64,000 nucleotides of DNA, taken from assembly GCA_951812955.1 (NCBI GenBank), contig OX638340.1, positions 352,001 to 416,000 of the forward strand. Direction: 5' to 3'. Source of the stretch: an uncultured Gemmatimonadota bacterium. Lineage in GTDB: Bacteria > JAAXHH01. A model generated the notes under the pieces. It saw only the letters and a list, made by a program, of their open reading frames with translations. It was not told the origin of the DNA and did not search any database. The translations under genes were made by a program, and so were the position numbers. Below are positions 1 through 9,524 of the stretch, piece after piece; position 1 is the first letter of the stretch; each line of letters opens with the position of its first letter.

Positions 1-188
1 ACCGTGGGGCGGTGACTTCAGCCTGATGAAGGTGCTCGAACAGTGCAGCGAGGACCTGGACGGGATACCGGGTGCTTGATCGACTGGATTTTCAGATCGG
101 CACTGGATAATTGCATGGGGCAATCACGCATACAGTTACGCGGAATCAGCGCAGGCCGTGTATCTTCAATTCGATAAATTCGAGCTAA

Positions 189-1148
189 ATGAGCTATCAC
201 TGGACGCAGGTTACCGATCGTGCCCCCTTTGCACCCCGCGACGGTGCCGGTGCACTGGTATTCGATGGGGCCATGTGGCTGATCGGTGGCTGGAATCCAC
301 GCGACGAGGTCCATTTCCCCCGGGTCTGCAGCAATGATGTCTGGCGGTCCACCGACGGGCGTGACTGGTCGCTGGTCAAGCCCAACACGTACGTGGACGA
401 CACCTTTGATACGAAGCAGGACTGGGCGGGGAGGCATACTGGCGGATACGCCTTGCACGACGGCGCCATGTGGCTGGTCGGAGGCGATGCAAACCAGGGC
501 TATCACCAGGGTGACGTCTGGATGTCCGCTGACGGTCGTAACTGGCGCTGCGTGCTCGAAGAAGCGCCTTGGGCGCCCCGTGTGTTGCACGGTACGGTGT
601 CCTGGATGGGCAAACTCTGGATATGGGGCGGCCAGACCATGCCCGGGTTCGCCGGCGGAGCTGACCGCTTCTACGACGATGCGTGGGTGTCGTCAGACGG
701 AATAGCGTGGACGCCGCTCGAGCCGAAGGAACCCCGATGGACTCCCCGGGGGATGGTGGGCGGCAGCGTCGTTCACGACGGACGCCTGTGGATCCTCGGC
801 GGCGGAACGTACGAGACTCCAAATACCCCCGGCCGAACGTTCCATAACGACGTGTGGAGCACCTCCGATGGGATCCATTGGAAATGCCACACCCGCAATG
901 CCCCTTGGTCTCCGCGACAGTATCATGATACGGTGGTTTTCGACGGAAGGATGTGGGTGCTGGCCGGATGGAACAGCCGGAACCTGAATGACGTCTGGTT
1001 TTCGTCGGACGGCATTGCCTGGCGCGAAGTGCCGGACACACCCTGGCCTGCCCGTCACGCGGCCAGCGTTTACGTTTACGACGATGCAATCTGGGTTGTA
1101 GCGGGCAGTCACATGGTCTCGGACGTGTGGAAGCTGGAGCGGGATTGA
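189..1148 (+). CDS. Kelch-repeat / galactose-oxidase-type beta-propeller protein
   Basis: 319-aa ORF with ~6 recurring blades built on 'NDVW-S-DG--W' / 'GG' motifs every ~50 aa (NDVWRSTDGRDW, GDVWMSADGRNW, DDAWVSSDGIAW, NDVWSTSDGIHW, NDVWFSSDGIAW). Confidence 0.55.
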   Translation: MSYHWTQVTDRAPFAPRDGAGALVFDGAMWLIGGWNPRDEVHFPRVCSNDVWRSTDGRDWSLVKPNTYVDDTFDTKQDWAGRHTGGYALHDGAMWLVGGDANQGYHQGDVWMSADGRNWRCVLEEAPWAPRVLHGTVSWMGKLWIWGGQTMPGFAGGADRFYDDAWVSSDGIAWTPLEPKEPRWTPRGMVGGSVVHDGRLWILGGGTYETPNTPGRTFHNDVWSTSDGIHWKCHTRNAPWSPRQYHDTVVFDGRMWVLAGWNSRNLNDVWFSSDGIAWREVPDTPWPARHAASVYVYDDAIWVVAGSHMVSDVWKLERD

Positions 1149-1198
1149 AGCGCAGCAAGCGCATCGGCAGTGTGAAGCCGAGGGCCGGAGGAGATGGA

Positions 1199-2035
1199 AT
1201 GGCGGAAGAGCAACCGGTGTCCCTGCTGACGCCTGAGGAGAAGTGGCACTTCGAACTGCAGGGTTACCTGCTGTTGTGCGGTGTCGTTCCGGAAAACGAC
1301 CTGGCCGAGATGCGTCCGGTCCTGGACCGCTGGCTGACCGCGGACGAGAATGATCTGCCCGCTCCGGTCAAGCGCGGCCGACAGGAGCCGAACAAGACCC
1401 ATATCGGCCATATCCACTATGGGCACGAAGTATTCCAGCGGCTCAACATGAACCCGGAGATCATCCGCGTGGTGGCCGGGCTGACCTGGGGATGCCCCCG
1501 GCTGATGCACTGCGTCTTCACCCACATGGTCAAGGGACCGGAAGAACTTCGTTTCCACCGGGATGACGACGGGGTCAAAGTCTCCCACGGATTCCGGAAT
1601 CCCAACAACGATTTCCAGGTGGCGGATGGCGAGATCTACTGCAGCCATCTGGCCACGTGGATCGCCCTGGCCGACGTGCCGCCGGGGACGGGATTCTGCC
1701 TGGTGCCTGGCAGCCACAAAACCACGGTCCCCGAACCGGATGGCCTGACCGTCGTACACGATCCGCCCGTGTCCATCACCATCCCAATGAAGGCGGGGGA
1801 CGTGATCATCTTTTCCACTCGCCTACTGCACAACGCCAGTCCGTGGACCGAGGACTATCCCCGCCTGAACATATTCCAGCGATACGTCTTCAGCTGGTTC
1901 TTCGATCTGCCCCATCTTTATCCGCTGGAAGACCACCGCGACAAGCTTTCGGACGACATGTACGAACTGGAGAAAATGACCCGCGAAGAGAAACAGGTCG
2001 TCCGACGGGTGCGGGAGATGCTGGTCGACTCGTAG
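1199..2035 (+). CDS. PhyH-family Fe(II)/2-oxoglutarate-dependent dioxygenase
   Basis: ORF 1127..2035; ATG at 1199 lies 7 nt after a GGAGGA Shine-Dalgarno sequence. 'HRDDD' H-x-D metal motif, 'GFCLVPGSHK' and distal His region typical of phytanoyl-CoA dioxygenase-like proteins. Confidence 0.7.
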   Translation: MAEEQPVSLLTPEEKWHFELQGYLLLCGVVPENDLAEMRPVLDRWLTADENDLPAPVKRGRQEPNKTHIGHIHYGHEVFQRLNMNPEIIRVVAGLTWGCPRLMHCVFTHMVKGPEELRFHRDDDGVKVSHGFRNPNNDFQVADGEIYCSHLATWIALADVPPGTGFCLVPGSHKTTVPEPDGLTVVHDPPVSITIPMKAGDVIIFSTRLLHNASPWTEDYPRLNIFQRYVFSWFFDLPHLYPLEDHRDKLSDDMYELEKMTREEKQVVRRVREMLVDS

Positions 2036-2201
2036 CGAAGCAGATTACCCGTAACCGTGGCTGTGTTTACGCCTTCTCGCCGACTATTTTTCATACCGCG
2101 CATACGGGCGCGATCATGCCTCTAGTCTTGCTGCGCTTTTGAGTGCGATCGGTCTCCCTGTCCTGCTACACTTCGAACACGATCGCGCTCTTGTAATACT
2201 A

Positions 2202-3359
2202 CTACGCCTCGTGGACGATCGTGTCGACATGATGCGCTTCGATATAGTCCCGGTCGATTTCGGCGCCAAGGCCTGGTCCGCGAGGTACGGGCACACATCC
2301 GTGCTGATCGATGTTTTCGAGCTCGTCCGTGAACTCAGGTGCGTAGACGGGCGGCTTGGTTTTCTTGATTCCGGGATGTACGAGACCCAGTTCGTAGTAG
2401 TTACTGTTGCGGATTGAGGCCATGATGTGCCGATGGGCGAGACCGCCGCCGTGGAGCTCCACGTCCAGTCCGAATCCCTCGGCCGCGTGGGCGATCTTCA
2501 TCACACCGGTGATGCCGCCGTCCTCGTAGACACCCGATCGTACGAAATCCGTTCCACCGTTGACGATGAAATCGACGTGCTGTTCGAGGCCGAAGATATG
2601 CTCGGTCTGCAGGATCGGCGTGGCGATGTGTTCGCGCAGTTTCTTGTGGCCGAAAATGGACACGCCACCGTCCTTGTAGGGATCTTCCAGCCAGAAGAAA
2701 CCGGCTTCGTCGCAGGCCCGGCCCACCTTCAGCGCGTCGGCCCAGGTATTGTATTCGCACGCGGGATCGATCATGAGATCCATGTCGTCGCCGACTCGCT
2801 TGCCCGTGACTTTTACGTTGGCGACCTCGCGCTCGATGGGTGCGTTGCCCCAGCCGTGGATCTTGAACGCACGGTATCCCATGTCCCTGCACTGTTCGGC
2901 GAAATCCGCGAAGGCCTCCGGCGTATGCAGACCGCCGTTCTCGTCGCCGTGGTAAGTGCTGGCGTAAGCGGGCAGGGAAGTCCTGTATCCGCCCAGCAAC
3001 TGACAGACCGGCGCGTTGTAGTACTTGCCCGCGAAATCCCAGAGCGCCACGTCTATCGCGCCGATCTGGGTCCGATCGGTGTGCCGCAGGCCACGCTTCA
3101 GGTCGTTGTAGATCTTCTCTCGCTCGAAGGGATTGCTGCCCAGCAGATATTCGACCGCGACCCCCGACGGTGACGGACCACCCATGTATTCACCGACGAT
3201 GCCCACGTTGGTGTGTATGCGCAGCAAACTCCCACGCAGTTTACGCCTGCCGCCCTTCTCGTACACCAGGTTGAATCCATTGTAATCCACGCCCATGTTT
3301 TCGACGATATATTCGAAGACGACGGTTTCCAGTTTCGTGATCGCGGGTTTCATGTTCAA
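2202..3359 (-). CDS. Enolase-superfamily enzyme, mandelate racemase / muconate lactonizing enzyme (acid-sugar dehydratase-like) family
   Basis: 385-aa ORF with N-terminal capping domain and 'KIHGWG' barrel start, plus the Asp/Glu/Asp metal ligand series ('MIDPACEY', 'FWLEDP') characteristic of the MR/MLE family. Confidence 0.75.
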   Translation of the reverse strand: MNMKPAITKLETVVFEYIVENMGVDYNGFNLVYEKGGRRKLRGSLLRIHTNVGIVGEYMGGPSPSGVAVEYLLGSNPFEREKIYNDLKRGLRHTDRTQIGAIDVALWDFAGKYYNAPVCQLLGGYRTSLPAYASTYHGDENGGLHTPEAFADFAEQCRDMGYRAFKIHGWGNAPIEREVANVKVTGKRVGDDMDLMIDPACEYNTWADALKVGRACDEAGFFWLEDPYKDGGVSIFGHKKLREHIATPILQTEHIFGLEQHVDFIVNGGTDFVRSGVYEDGGITGVMKIAHAAEGFGLDVELHGGGLAHRHIMASIRNSNYYELGLVHPGIKKTKPPVYAPEFTDELENIDQHGCVPVPRGPGLGAEIDRDYIEAHHVDTIVHEA

Positions 3360-3639
3360 CAGCCTCCGTCTCCCTGTACTCTGTTCATACGAATCGTACT
3401 ATTGTCCAGTTACACCATTCACCATGCCATCCTCCGTTCCTCCCATCCTTCTCCTTTCCTCCTCCCAGGTCGGTCTGGTTTCTTCATTCCCTCTATTTTC
3501 ATCCGAGGTCACTTTAGTATTATTAGTAATAGTAATTTTAATGTTAAACCTAATATTTATAGTTCTAATCGTACTAAAATCAGTCGATCTACTGAAAGTG
3601 AACAGACATTCGCCCTAGAGATGGACGTTGAAGCCGTGA

Positions 3640-4866
3640 TCACCGTACCTTCCTGATGTCCCGAATGGCCCCATAGGGAACCCCGGTAATGTCCACCATT
3701 TCTTCGGCGCGGCGCACCGTTTCCGCGACCTCGTCTTTCAGGTCGTCCGGATAATACACCTGTCCGGCACGCACGGTCAGGTGCGGCGTGATCATTCGTT
3801 CACCGGATTCCTGCTGGCCGTGGGCGTCGGTGAAGTGAAAATGGCCCTCTTCCAGGTTGAAAACGGCGATATCGGCGACGCTTCCCTCCTTCAGTGTTCC
3901 GATTTCATCCGACCGGTTCAAAACGCCCGCGGGATTTACGGTCGTCTGGCGGACGATCTCATGGAAATCCAGTCCCATGTTCAGCAGTTTCGACGCCGTT
4001 TCAGGGAGGCTGTGCACCGGTGACTTCAGACTGTAGACGTGAAGGTCCGTACTGATTACGTCCGACAGAAAACCCAGTTCGACGGCCCGTTTCGCAATCC
4101 CGTAATGAAAGCTCCCGGCGCCGTGGCCCAGGTCGAAGAAAACGCCGCGCTTCCTTGCGTCGTACACTTCCGGGATCACCCGATCGTCGTCGCCGAGGAT
4201 ATGATCTCCCTTGCCCTGGTAGCAGTGGGTCACGATATCTCCCGGGCGAAGCAGTTCCAGCACACTTGGCAGGGAGACCCCCTTGTCGATATGGACCATG
4301 ACGCGTGTGTCCGCCATTTCGGCAGCTTCGACGGCCCGCCTGAGCGGTTCCACGCCGTGGCTTCCCACCTGGAATACGCCTTGCCGGACCTTCACGCCTA
4401 CGCAATGATGCGGCCACATGGATATAACCCGGGCCGTGTGCTCGGGATCGGCGTTTTTGATGTCCTCCATCTCGCCGCGCATGGCGTTCAGGAGTCCGAT
4501 GCTGCTGATATGGACGAAGGTGAGCACTTCGGTCCGGGACGGTTCGATAATGTACTCGAGGAAACCGCGCAGATTGGTCCATCCCGGGCTCCCTGCGTCC
4601 ACGATGGTCGTTACCCCCGTGGCCAGGCAGAGGGCGTCGGCCTTGATGCCGAAGGTCGTGGCGCCCGCGTAAACGTGGGCGTGAAGATCTATCCAGCCCG
4701 GTGTCAGGTATTTCCCCGATACGTCGATGGTCGTCTTCGATTCGCCTTCAAGGTGATCGGAAACCGCGGCTATTTTACCGTTTCTGATCCCGAGGTCACC
4801 TGTTTCATTCTTCCGTTGGGACGGATCGATGATCGTCGCACCCGATAGAACCAGGTCGAATTGCAT
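3640..4866 (-). CDS. Amidohydrolase-superfamily metallohydrolase (deacetylase/dihydroorotase-like)
   Basis: 408-aa ORF; N-terminal 'GWIDLHAHVY' H-x-H metal motif after a beta-sandwich lead-in; later His/Asp ligands ('MVHID', 'HCY', 'ISTDLH'). Confidence 0.7.
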   Translation of the reverse strand: MQFDLVLSGATIIDPSQRKNETGDLGIRNGKIAAVSDHLEGESKTTIDVSGKYLTPGWIDLHAHVYAGATTFGIKADALCLATGVTTIVDAGSPGWTNLRGFLEYIIEPSRTEVLTFVHISSIGLLNAMRGEMEDIKNADPEHTARVISMWPHHCVGVKVRQGVFQVGSHGVEPLRRAVEAAEMADTRVMVHIDKGVSLPSVLELLRPGDIVTHCYQGKGDHILGDDDRVIPEVYDARKRGVFFDLGHGAGSFHYGIAKRAVELGFLSDVISTDLHVYSLKSPVHSLPETASKLLNMGLDFHEIVRQTTVNPAGVLNRSDEIGTLKEGSVADIAVFNLEEGHFHFTDAHGQQESGERMITPHLTVRAGQVYYPDDLKDEVAETVRRAEEMVDITGVPYGAIRDIRKVR

Positions 4867-5012
4867 AGAAATCCTCCGAATTTAATCCTATTTGTACGCC
4901 TCGACCATGATGCCCTTCTGAACGCGAGTCATTGACATTTGCAAAGTATAATCATATCGTTTTGTCGCATCAATGGACTTAGTCTGGTCCAGCCACCTTA
5001 AGGACTCGCGCC

Positions 5013-5858
5013 ATGGCGACCGGTTTGACCGAACACCAGATCAGTCAGTATCTCGAAGACGGTTTCCTTCCCATCGAAAGGCTGTTCGATCCCGATTCCC
5101 TCGATCCCCTGATCGCGGAGCTGAACGGGGTCGTCGATGCATGGGCGGAGCGCTACCACGCGGAGGGCAGACTGGCGGATCTGTACGCGGACGAGCCCTT
5201 TGAACACAGGCTGTACCGGATCCACCAGGCCATGGACGGTCGCTGCGGAGAAATGCTGGAGGCCGTGTTAGGAAAGCGGAAGACCGCGGGCATGTTTCAC
5301 GTCATGACCCTGCCCGGGATACTCGACGTCGTCGAATCCCTCATTGGCCCGGAGATCCTCGTCCATCCCCAGTTCAACTCCCGGGCCAAGCTTCCGGACA
5401 AGACCTCCGTCGTGGACTGGCACCAGGACATCGGTTTCCTGGATCCGGACGTGATGCGGACCTTCATGGTCAATTTCTGGCTGCCGATGGTGGATACAGA
5501 TGAACACAACGGCTGCCTGGAGGTGATCCGAGGCAGTCACCGCAGTGAACGCCTGCCCTTTGAGAATTCACCCGAGAACATCGACCCTGAAGCCCTGCCC
5601 GACGGCGACCGGGTGTCCTGCCCCATCCCCAGGGGCGGCGTGCTCCTGTTGCAGCACACCACGGTGCACCGGTCCGCGCCGAATTACTCCGATCATATTC
5701 GCTGGAGCCTGGATATCCGGTACAGCGACTGGCGAGCGCCCACGGGAAGGGACGATGTGCCCGGCTTCATCGCCCGCAGCCGGTCGCATCCGGAGAAGAT
5801 CGCAACCGGGCACGAAGAATGGCGGCGCTTGTTCGAGACGAGCGGGGCGCCGGAGTAA
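5013..5858 (+). CDS. PhyH-family Fe(II)/2OG dioxygenase
   Basis: 281-aa ORF; 'WHQDIGFLD' H-x-D motif, 'GCLEVIRGSH', distal 'HRSAPN'. Second PhyH paralogue in the window. Confidence 0.75.
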   Translation: MATGLTEHQISQYLEDGFLPIERLFDPDSLDPLIAELNGVVDAWAERYHAEGRLADLYADEPFEHRLYRIHQAMDGRCGEMLEAVLGKRKTAGMFHVMTLPGILDVVESLIGPEILVHPQFNSRAKLPDKTSVVDWHQDIGFLDPDVMRTFMVNFWLPMVDTDEHNGCLEVIRGSHRSERLPFENSPENIDPEALPDGDRVSCPIPRGGVLLLQHTTVHRSAPNYSDHIRWSLDIRYSDWRAPTGRDDVPGFIARSRSHPEKIATGHEEWRRLFETSGAPE

Positions 5859-5914
5859 TTTCCTGGAGATGATCGAACCGCCCTCGTATATGCTTCGTTG
5901 CCAGCGAGGATTCC

Positions 5915-7426
5915 GTGGTCGCCAAAATAAACCTCGGGACGTACGTCGGATACGGACTGGACCGAATGGGCAGTCCCGTACATGCCCTGCCTGTCGACCT
6001 CTTCAGGATACTGGCGGGACTGTTGAGTTGCGCCTATTTCGCAGCGGCCTTCGGCGAAGTAAACGACATAAGCGGACCCGGTGGTCTGGTCGATCATCGA
6101 CTCTCGCTGGAGCTGTTTCCCTACACGAAATGGAGCCTGCTTCAGGGTGAAGTTCCCACCGTTCTGCTCCGGGCCGTCTTTGCGGGAGCCATCCTGGTTT
6201 CCGGCATACTCGCGGCTGGATATCGGCCAACGCTTTGTGCGGCGGTGCTGTATATACTGGCGGTATCGGCCTATCGACTGAATTTCCTGGTACTCTACGT
6301 CGATGATGCCGTATTTCACTGGATGCTCCTGTGGCTGATCCTTTTGCCCACGGGGAGCACGTTGACGTGGAAGGACGTCCGGTGCGACGGCAAGGCGGCC
6401 ATGGATCGCTGGCGCAGCCGGACCGTGCCGGGACTGGCCGTACGATGTTTCCTGGTCAATCTGGCCCTGCTTTATGCCTTTTCAGGTCTTTGGAAACTGA
6501 CCAGTCCCATGTGGTTGGAAGGGACGGCCCTGTACGTCATCCTGAAACTGCCCATTGCATGGTTTCCTGATCTGTGGGATGCCGGATCACTGCCGTGGAT
6601 GAAGATCGCCGGCTATGCGGCGTTGGCGTCGGAACCCCTGTTCGTTTTGCTGCTGTTTCTCAAGCCGGGACGACCGGCCAGGTGGATGATCATTGCCCTG
6701 CTGATCGCCTTTCACGCGGGTATAGTCGCGACCCTGAAGATCCCCTTCGCCAACGTCGCCTGCCTGGCGGGGGTAGTACTCTGGTGCCGCCACGAAATCA
6801 TGAACGCGATGGGGAGGAAGACCGTCCCGGAAGGAAGGGGAAAGGTTACCTGGCGCGGCGCGGCGGCCGTGGTGGTCACGGGCATGCTGGGTTTGCAGGC
6901 CGTCCTGGATTTCGCAAAGCCGCAGTGGCGTTACGACGACTGGGAAGTGGGCAGGCCCGTCCCGGCGCAGCAGAAATGGCTGGACGGTCTTCACCTTGCC
7001 GTGTACGGTGCGCTGTGGGCGGGTGGACTGGCGCAGAGCTACCGCCTGCTCGACTGGGTCGACAGCCGCAACTATACGCTTGATTACCGGGTAAGGGAAA
7101 GACGGCCCGAAGGACCTTGGAACGAAGTAGAACCGGAAACCCTCTTTCCCTCTTCCATGCGGGGAATCCTGCTTCAATCCTATCTGCATGGCGTGGTCTG
7201 GCGCAAGTTTCCCCCGGTGAAGGAAGCCGAATTGCGGGCGGGGTTGCGGCAGCGCTTCGCCGCTCGCTATTGCAGAGGGCGGCCAGGCACCGATCTGGTG
7301 GTAGACGTGGAAGTACGGATCGACCGTGTGCTTCCTGACACGCCGCGGCCGGAAAGCGGTGTTTACACTCCCCTCATGCGTTTTGCCTGCGGGAAAGGCG
7401 GGGCGCAACTTCTGGAGATCGAGTAA
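5915..7426 (+). CDS. Large polytopic membrane protein (8-10 predicted TM helices, ~150-aa soluble C-terminal domain); possibly HTTM/vitamin-K-carboxylase-like fold
   Basis: 503-aa ORF with repeated hydrophobic segments (LLSCAYFAAAF, AVFAGAILVSGILAAGY, LYILAVSAY, WMLLWLILLP, LALLYAFSGLW, LLLFLKP, IIALLIAFHAGIVATL), then a hydrophilic C-terminus. Its stop overlaps the start of the next gene (TAATG at 7424-7428). Confidence 0.5.
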   Translation: MVAKINLGTYVGYGLDRMGSPVHALPVDLFRILAGLLSCAYFAAAFGEVNDISGPGGLVDHRLSLELFPYTKWSLLQGEVPTVLLRAVFAGAILVSGILAAGYRPTLCAAVLYILAVSAYRLNFLVLYVDDAVFHWMLLWLILLPTGSTLTWKDVRCDGKAAMDRWRSRTVPGLAVRCFLVNLALLYAFSGLWKLTSPMWLEGTALYVILKLPIAWFPDLWDAGSLPWMKIAGYAALASEPLFVLLLFLKPGRPARWMIIALLIAFHAGIVATLKIPFANVACLAGVVLWCRHEIMNAMGRKTVPEGRGKVTWRGAAAVVVTGMLGLQAVLDFAKPQWRYDDWEVGRPVPAQQKWLDGLHLAVYGALWAGGLAQSYRLLDWVDSRNYTLDYRVRERRPEGPWNEVEPETLFPSSMRGILLQSYLHGVVWRKFPPVKEAELRAGLRQRFAARYCRGRPGTDLVVDVEVRIDRVLPDTPRPESGVYTPLMRFACGKGGAQLLEIE

Positions 7427-9324
7427 TGTGCGGCCTGGCAGCCATCATGAGCCGGGGCGGCGCCTGGTCTCGAGCGGCGCTCGAGCGCGCCACGGATACG
7501 CTCCGGCATCGCGGTCCGGACGGCAGGGGGACCTGGGCCGGACCGGGAGGAAACATCGGCCTGGGACACACCAGGCTGAGTGTGGTCGGCCTGGATAACG
7601 GCGCCCAGCCCATCGCCAGCGAAGATAGCCGGCTTCACCTGGCGGCCAACGGCGAATTCTACGATTTCGAGTCGATCAGGCGGGATCTCGAAAGCCGGGG
7701 TCATGTATTCTCCACGAGATCCGACAGCGAAATCGCCCTCCATCTCTACGAAGAGTCGGGCCGTGCCTGTGTCGAAGATCTCCGCGGCGAGTTCGCTTTC
7801 GTCCTGTGGGATGAGGACCTGCAGATGTTGTGGGCGGTCCGCGACCGATTCGGCATCAAGCCGCTTTACTATGCGGAGGAGGGCGGGGTGCTGTACCTGG
7901 CCTCGGAAGTGAAGGCGCTGCTGGCCGCAGGATTGCCTTCGGCCTGGGACGAGGAGACGGTCTTCCAGCAGATGTTCGCCTGCTTCGACGCGAACCGGAC
8001 GCTCTTCAAAGGTGTCCGGCAGGTACCGCCCGGGCACGGCCTGATCGCCCGGAAAGGAGAGCTCCGCCTTGAGCGGTACTGGGATGTCACGTATCCGCGA
8101 GGGGCGTCCGGAAGTGAGTGGGAGCCAGCGGCTTGTGCCGACGAAGTCCGCCATCTCCTCCACGAGTCGGTCCGCCTCCGAATGCGTGCCGACGTTCCCG
8201 TGGGTTGTCTCCTGAGCGGGGGAATGGACTCTTCGGCATTACTCGGGATCGCCGCCCGGGGCGCGTCTACCCCTAAAGCCTTCACCATCGCCTTCGATCA
8301 CGCCGACTACGACGAAGAACCCGTTGCCCGCCGCACGGCCCGCCATGTGGGGGCCGACTACGAGGTCGTGCAGGCAACCCAGGCGGACTGCGCCGACTAT
8401 TTCGCAGACGCGGTGTGGCACGCCGAGGCGATCCAGGCCAACGCGCACGGAGTGGCCCGGTTCGTACTGAGCCGCGCGGTGCGCCAAGCTGGATTCAAGA
8501 CCGTTCTGGCGGGTGAAGGCGCAGACGAACTCTTCGCCGGCTACGAATTCTGCAGGCCCGCTTTGCATCGGGGCCCGCGTCGCCCTTTCATCGACCTGTT
8601 TCGAATCGCCCGAGCGGTGATCGGCGCACACAGCCCCGCGGAAAGAAAGGTGGCTCTGGTCTCGCCCTGGCTGGTACGGGTAAGCCGCGTACTAGGCCTG
8701 TCGAAGGAGGTCATGGAAGCACTTGCCGGACAGCAGGGCGTCCTGCGCAGTCTGCTGGCGGCGGATTTCCATGAAAGACATAGAGGCCGCGATCCCTACA
8801 GAGTCTTCTTCGACCAGTTCGATTATCGTACGCAACTGGCCGGCCGCGAACCGGTGAAGCAGGTGCTCTACCTGTGGCTGAAATCCCTCTTCCCGGGCTA
8901 CAACCTGGCTGCCGAGCGTGTAGACATGGCCCACGGAGTGGAAGTCCGTCTCCCGTACCTGGACCACCGCCTGTTCGAATACGGCAGCAGGATCCCGGCC
9001 GCGCTTTTGTTCCGGGATGGACAGGAAAAACATCCGCTGCGCGAAGCGGCCCGGCCGTACCTGACGGACGAAGTGTACGCGGGTCCGAAGAAACCGTTTC
9101 TCGCGCCTCCCGCGACGGCCCGGGTGGGAAATAGGCTTTACGAGATGTGCCAGGATACCCTGCGAGGTCCGGGTATGCGGGATCTGCCCTTCTTCGATCC
9201 GGCGTCCGTTGCCCTTCTGCTTGACGGACTGCCGCGCATGGAAGACAGGGCGCGGGCCACGCTGGATCCGTTGATCATGGCCCTGACCTCCCTTTGCGTG
9301 ATCCAGGAGCGATACGGTATGTGA
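7426..9324 (+). CDS. Asparagine synthetase (glutamine-hydrolysing) family amidotransferase, AsnB-like
   Basis: 632-aa ORF starting 'MCGLAAI' (class-II glutamine amidotransferase catalytic Cys2), 'SGGMDSS' PP-loop ATP-pyrophosphatase motif, and AsnB-like C-terminal domain. Confidence 0.85.
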   Translation: MCGLAAIMSRGGAWSRAALERATDTLRHRGPDGRGTWAGPGGNIGLGHTRLSVVGLDNGAQPIASEDSRLHLAANGEFYDFESIRRDLESRGHVFSTRSDSEIALHLYEESGRACVEDLRGEFAFVLWDEDLQMLWAVRDRFGIKPLYYAEEGGVLYLASEVKALLAAGLPSAWDEETVFQQMFACFDANRTLFKGVRQVPPGHGLIARKGELRLERYWDVTYPRGASGSEWEPAACADEVRHLLHESVRLRMRADVPVGCLLSGGMDSSALLGIAARGASTPKAFTIAFDHADYDEEPVARRTARHVGADYEVVQATQADCADYFADAVWHAEAIQANAHGVARFVLSRAVRQAGFKTVLAGEGADELFAGYEFCRPALHRGPRRPFIDLFRIARAVIGAHSPAERKVALVSPWLVRVSRVLGLSKEVMEALAGQQGVLRSLLAADFHERHRGRDPYRVFFDQFDYRTQLAGREPVKQVLYLWLKSLFPGYNLAAERVDMAHGVEVRLPYLDHRLFEYGSRIPAALLFRDGQEKHPLREAARPYLTDEVYAGPKKPFLAPPATARVGNRLYEMCQDTLRGPGMRDLPFFDPASVALLLDGLPRMEDRARATLDPLIMALTSLCVIQERYGM

Positions 9325-9524
9325 CCGAGCCGGAAGTCTTTTGCCGGCCTCGGCCTGTGGGGATCGACCGCCGAATCCGCGCCGAATCCCGTCTTTCCCG
9401 CGCGCGCTCGTAACGATCGGGAGGCGCGGGTGTCGGAATCCCTTGACCCGGTGGCGTGTCCCGTTACTTTCATTATCCTTAAAAGATTGAACCAAAACTT
9501 CCAAGCAGCAACCATCCCGAACTC

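Noticed and set aside
376-1164. 262-aa Arg-rich minus-strand ORF antisense to the Kelch-propeller gene
   Set aside because: Typical high-GC antisense artefact: extreme Arg/Pro/Ser composition, no recognisable motifs, fully overlapped by a well-supported sense gene.
4932-4952. TTGACA ... TATAAT pair upstream of the second PhyH gene
   Set aside because: Both hexamers are perfect consensus, but the spacer is only 9 bp, so this is not a canonical sigma70 promoter as written. A real promoter probably uses a neighbouring -10 element, but I cannot pin it down.
6587-7408. 273-aa minus-strand ORF inside the membrane-protein gene
   Set aside because: Antisense to a strongly hydrophobic, coherent membrane protein; Arg/Pro-rich composition characteristic of GC-rich shadow ORFs.
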